A stretch of 64,000 nt of DNA from Eukaryota sp. TZLM1-RC (Eukaryota; Protista; Metamonada: BaSk clade). Location: NCBI GenBank assembly GCA_040285825.1, contig JAUPSS010000006.1, positions 1,054,001-1,118,000 on the forward strand. The letters are read 5' to 3'. The first letter of the stretch is position 1. Every line of letters starts with the position of its first letter. Positions 63,278-64,000 of the stretch are shown here, piece by piece. Below the pieces are notes generated by a model. The model saw only the letters and a list, made by a program, of their open reading frames with translations, searched no databases and had not been told where the DNA came from. Position numbers and translations under genes: made by a program.

Positions 63278-64000
63278 AGATTTATTTCCTATCGTTCTAC
63301 GTTGCATGATGCAGTCAGAGATCAAATCCATGCAATGTGTAATTCCTATCATATTGAATCTTTTGTAGAACCATTGTTGGGGTCTCTTGATATAAATGAA
63401 AACGTAAGAGACTCAGAATATGCAAAACGACGTGCTGATGTTGTTGTGCCATCATTTGATGATTATCTTGAATGTTGTTGATGACGTAACAGTGGATGTT
63501 TGCAAGAAAAATGCACAATCCGAAGTATCCCCACTTGATGATTCAGAATTCTACAAACGAAAAAATATGCAAATCCTTTAAAAGAATTGAAACATGTTCG
63601 CCATGTAGATTACCAAATTTGCCCATTTGCTATATCGTTGTATAGTCGTCTTGGAAATACTGCTGTGAATTATATTGATGATTTTGAAAATCTTGTGAAA
63701 AGAAGAATGAATAAGCGTTTTGATCGTCGCTTGTGGCTAAATCGTATTGTTTTTACTATTTTCAAATCAATTCCTAAAATGATTTCGAAAGCTTTGATGT
63801 CTGTCAGTGCACATTACGAAGAAATTGCTGTTGTAAGGTTTGATGGTGTGGAAGCTTGTTTTGAAGATATTGACTTTTAGACTGTAGTTTAACAATAAAT
63901 TAAAATTTTTCATTAAAAAAATACAATGAACCATTGGATTTTGATGTTAGACTTGGCTTGGCCAAGAAAAAGAATCCCGCTTTTGCAAATCTTTTACATG

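Larger units (their letters stand above)
45938..64000 (+). repeat. Tandem array of about 2.23-kb units (short A segment, B fragment, 0.9-kb A fragment); five units, three carrying younger insertions
   Basis: Unit starts (poly(A)-TGAACCTTTGTCC) at about 45938, 52189, 57841, 60063 and 62294; spacing is about 2.22-2.24 kb once insertions are subtracted. Confidence 0.92.

Noticed and set aside
1-64000. Many frameshifts suggesting old pseudogenes or programmed frameshifting
   Set aside because: Nearly all are +/-1 changes in A/T homopolymers and differ between otherwise near-identical copies, which is typical of long-read consensus error
1-64000. Telomere-elongating retrotransposon array (HeT-A/TART or Giardia GilM/GilT type)
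   Set aside because: Orientation is mixed, insertions are internal with TSDs, and no telomeric repeat is visible; a subtelomeric location cannot be fully excluded from this window alone
1-64000. Prokaryotic RT systems (group II intron, retron, DGR, CRISPR-RT)
   Set aside because: Poly(A) tails, AATAAA, 5' truncation, TSDs and the CCHC-RLE domain indicate eukaryotic non-LTR elements; there is no repeat-spacer array
63279-64000. More divergent B segment suggesting a further subfamily
   Set aside because: It keeps the scaffold junctions; the scattered substitutions and small indels could be low consensus quality, which cannot be resolved without reads

Overview
This AT-rich window is eukaryotic-type DNA, and I found no ordinary host genes in it. 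Almost every base belongs to nested or tandem copies of single-ORF non-LTR retrotransposons. Their ORF order is N-terminal CCHC knuckle, reverse transcriptase (LDFxNAFNS / GVKQGDPLGPLLF / AYMDD), then CxC..HxxxC finger and restriction-like endonuclease (RLE). This architecture is CRE/R2-like. Six related families can be told apart (my labels A-F). D (11467-15753, 17101-22463) and E (54383-57802) are full length; A, B, C and F occur only as 5'-truncated copies. About 22 insertions can be delimited by poly(A) tails and 6-17 bp target-site duplications (TSDs), nested up to five levels deep, with no shared target sequence. Removing the young insertions exposes a + strand tandem scaffold. Its 1.33-kb monomer (about 135 bp of A plus a B fragment) grew by further insertion into 2.23-kb and about 4.7-kb units, and larger blocks were then duplicated. 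This resembles a retrotransposon-built centromere or heterochromatin array (inference). One insert is not LINE-derived: a 663-bp poly(A)-tailed, TSD-flanked passenger, 'G' (47982-50910, split by later insertions). Once rejoined, it carries a 185-codon hydrophobic ORF and a duplicated 60-nt hairpin-forming motif. Most frameshifts lie in homopolymers and are probably long-read errors. All coordinates and comparisons were made by eye, so boundaries may be off by a few bases.
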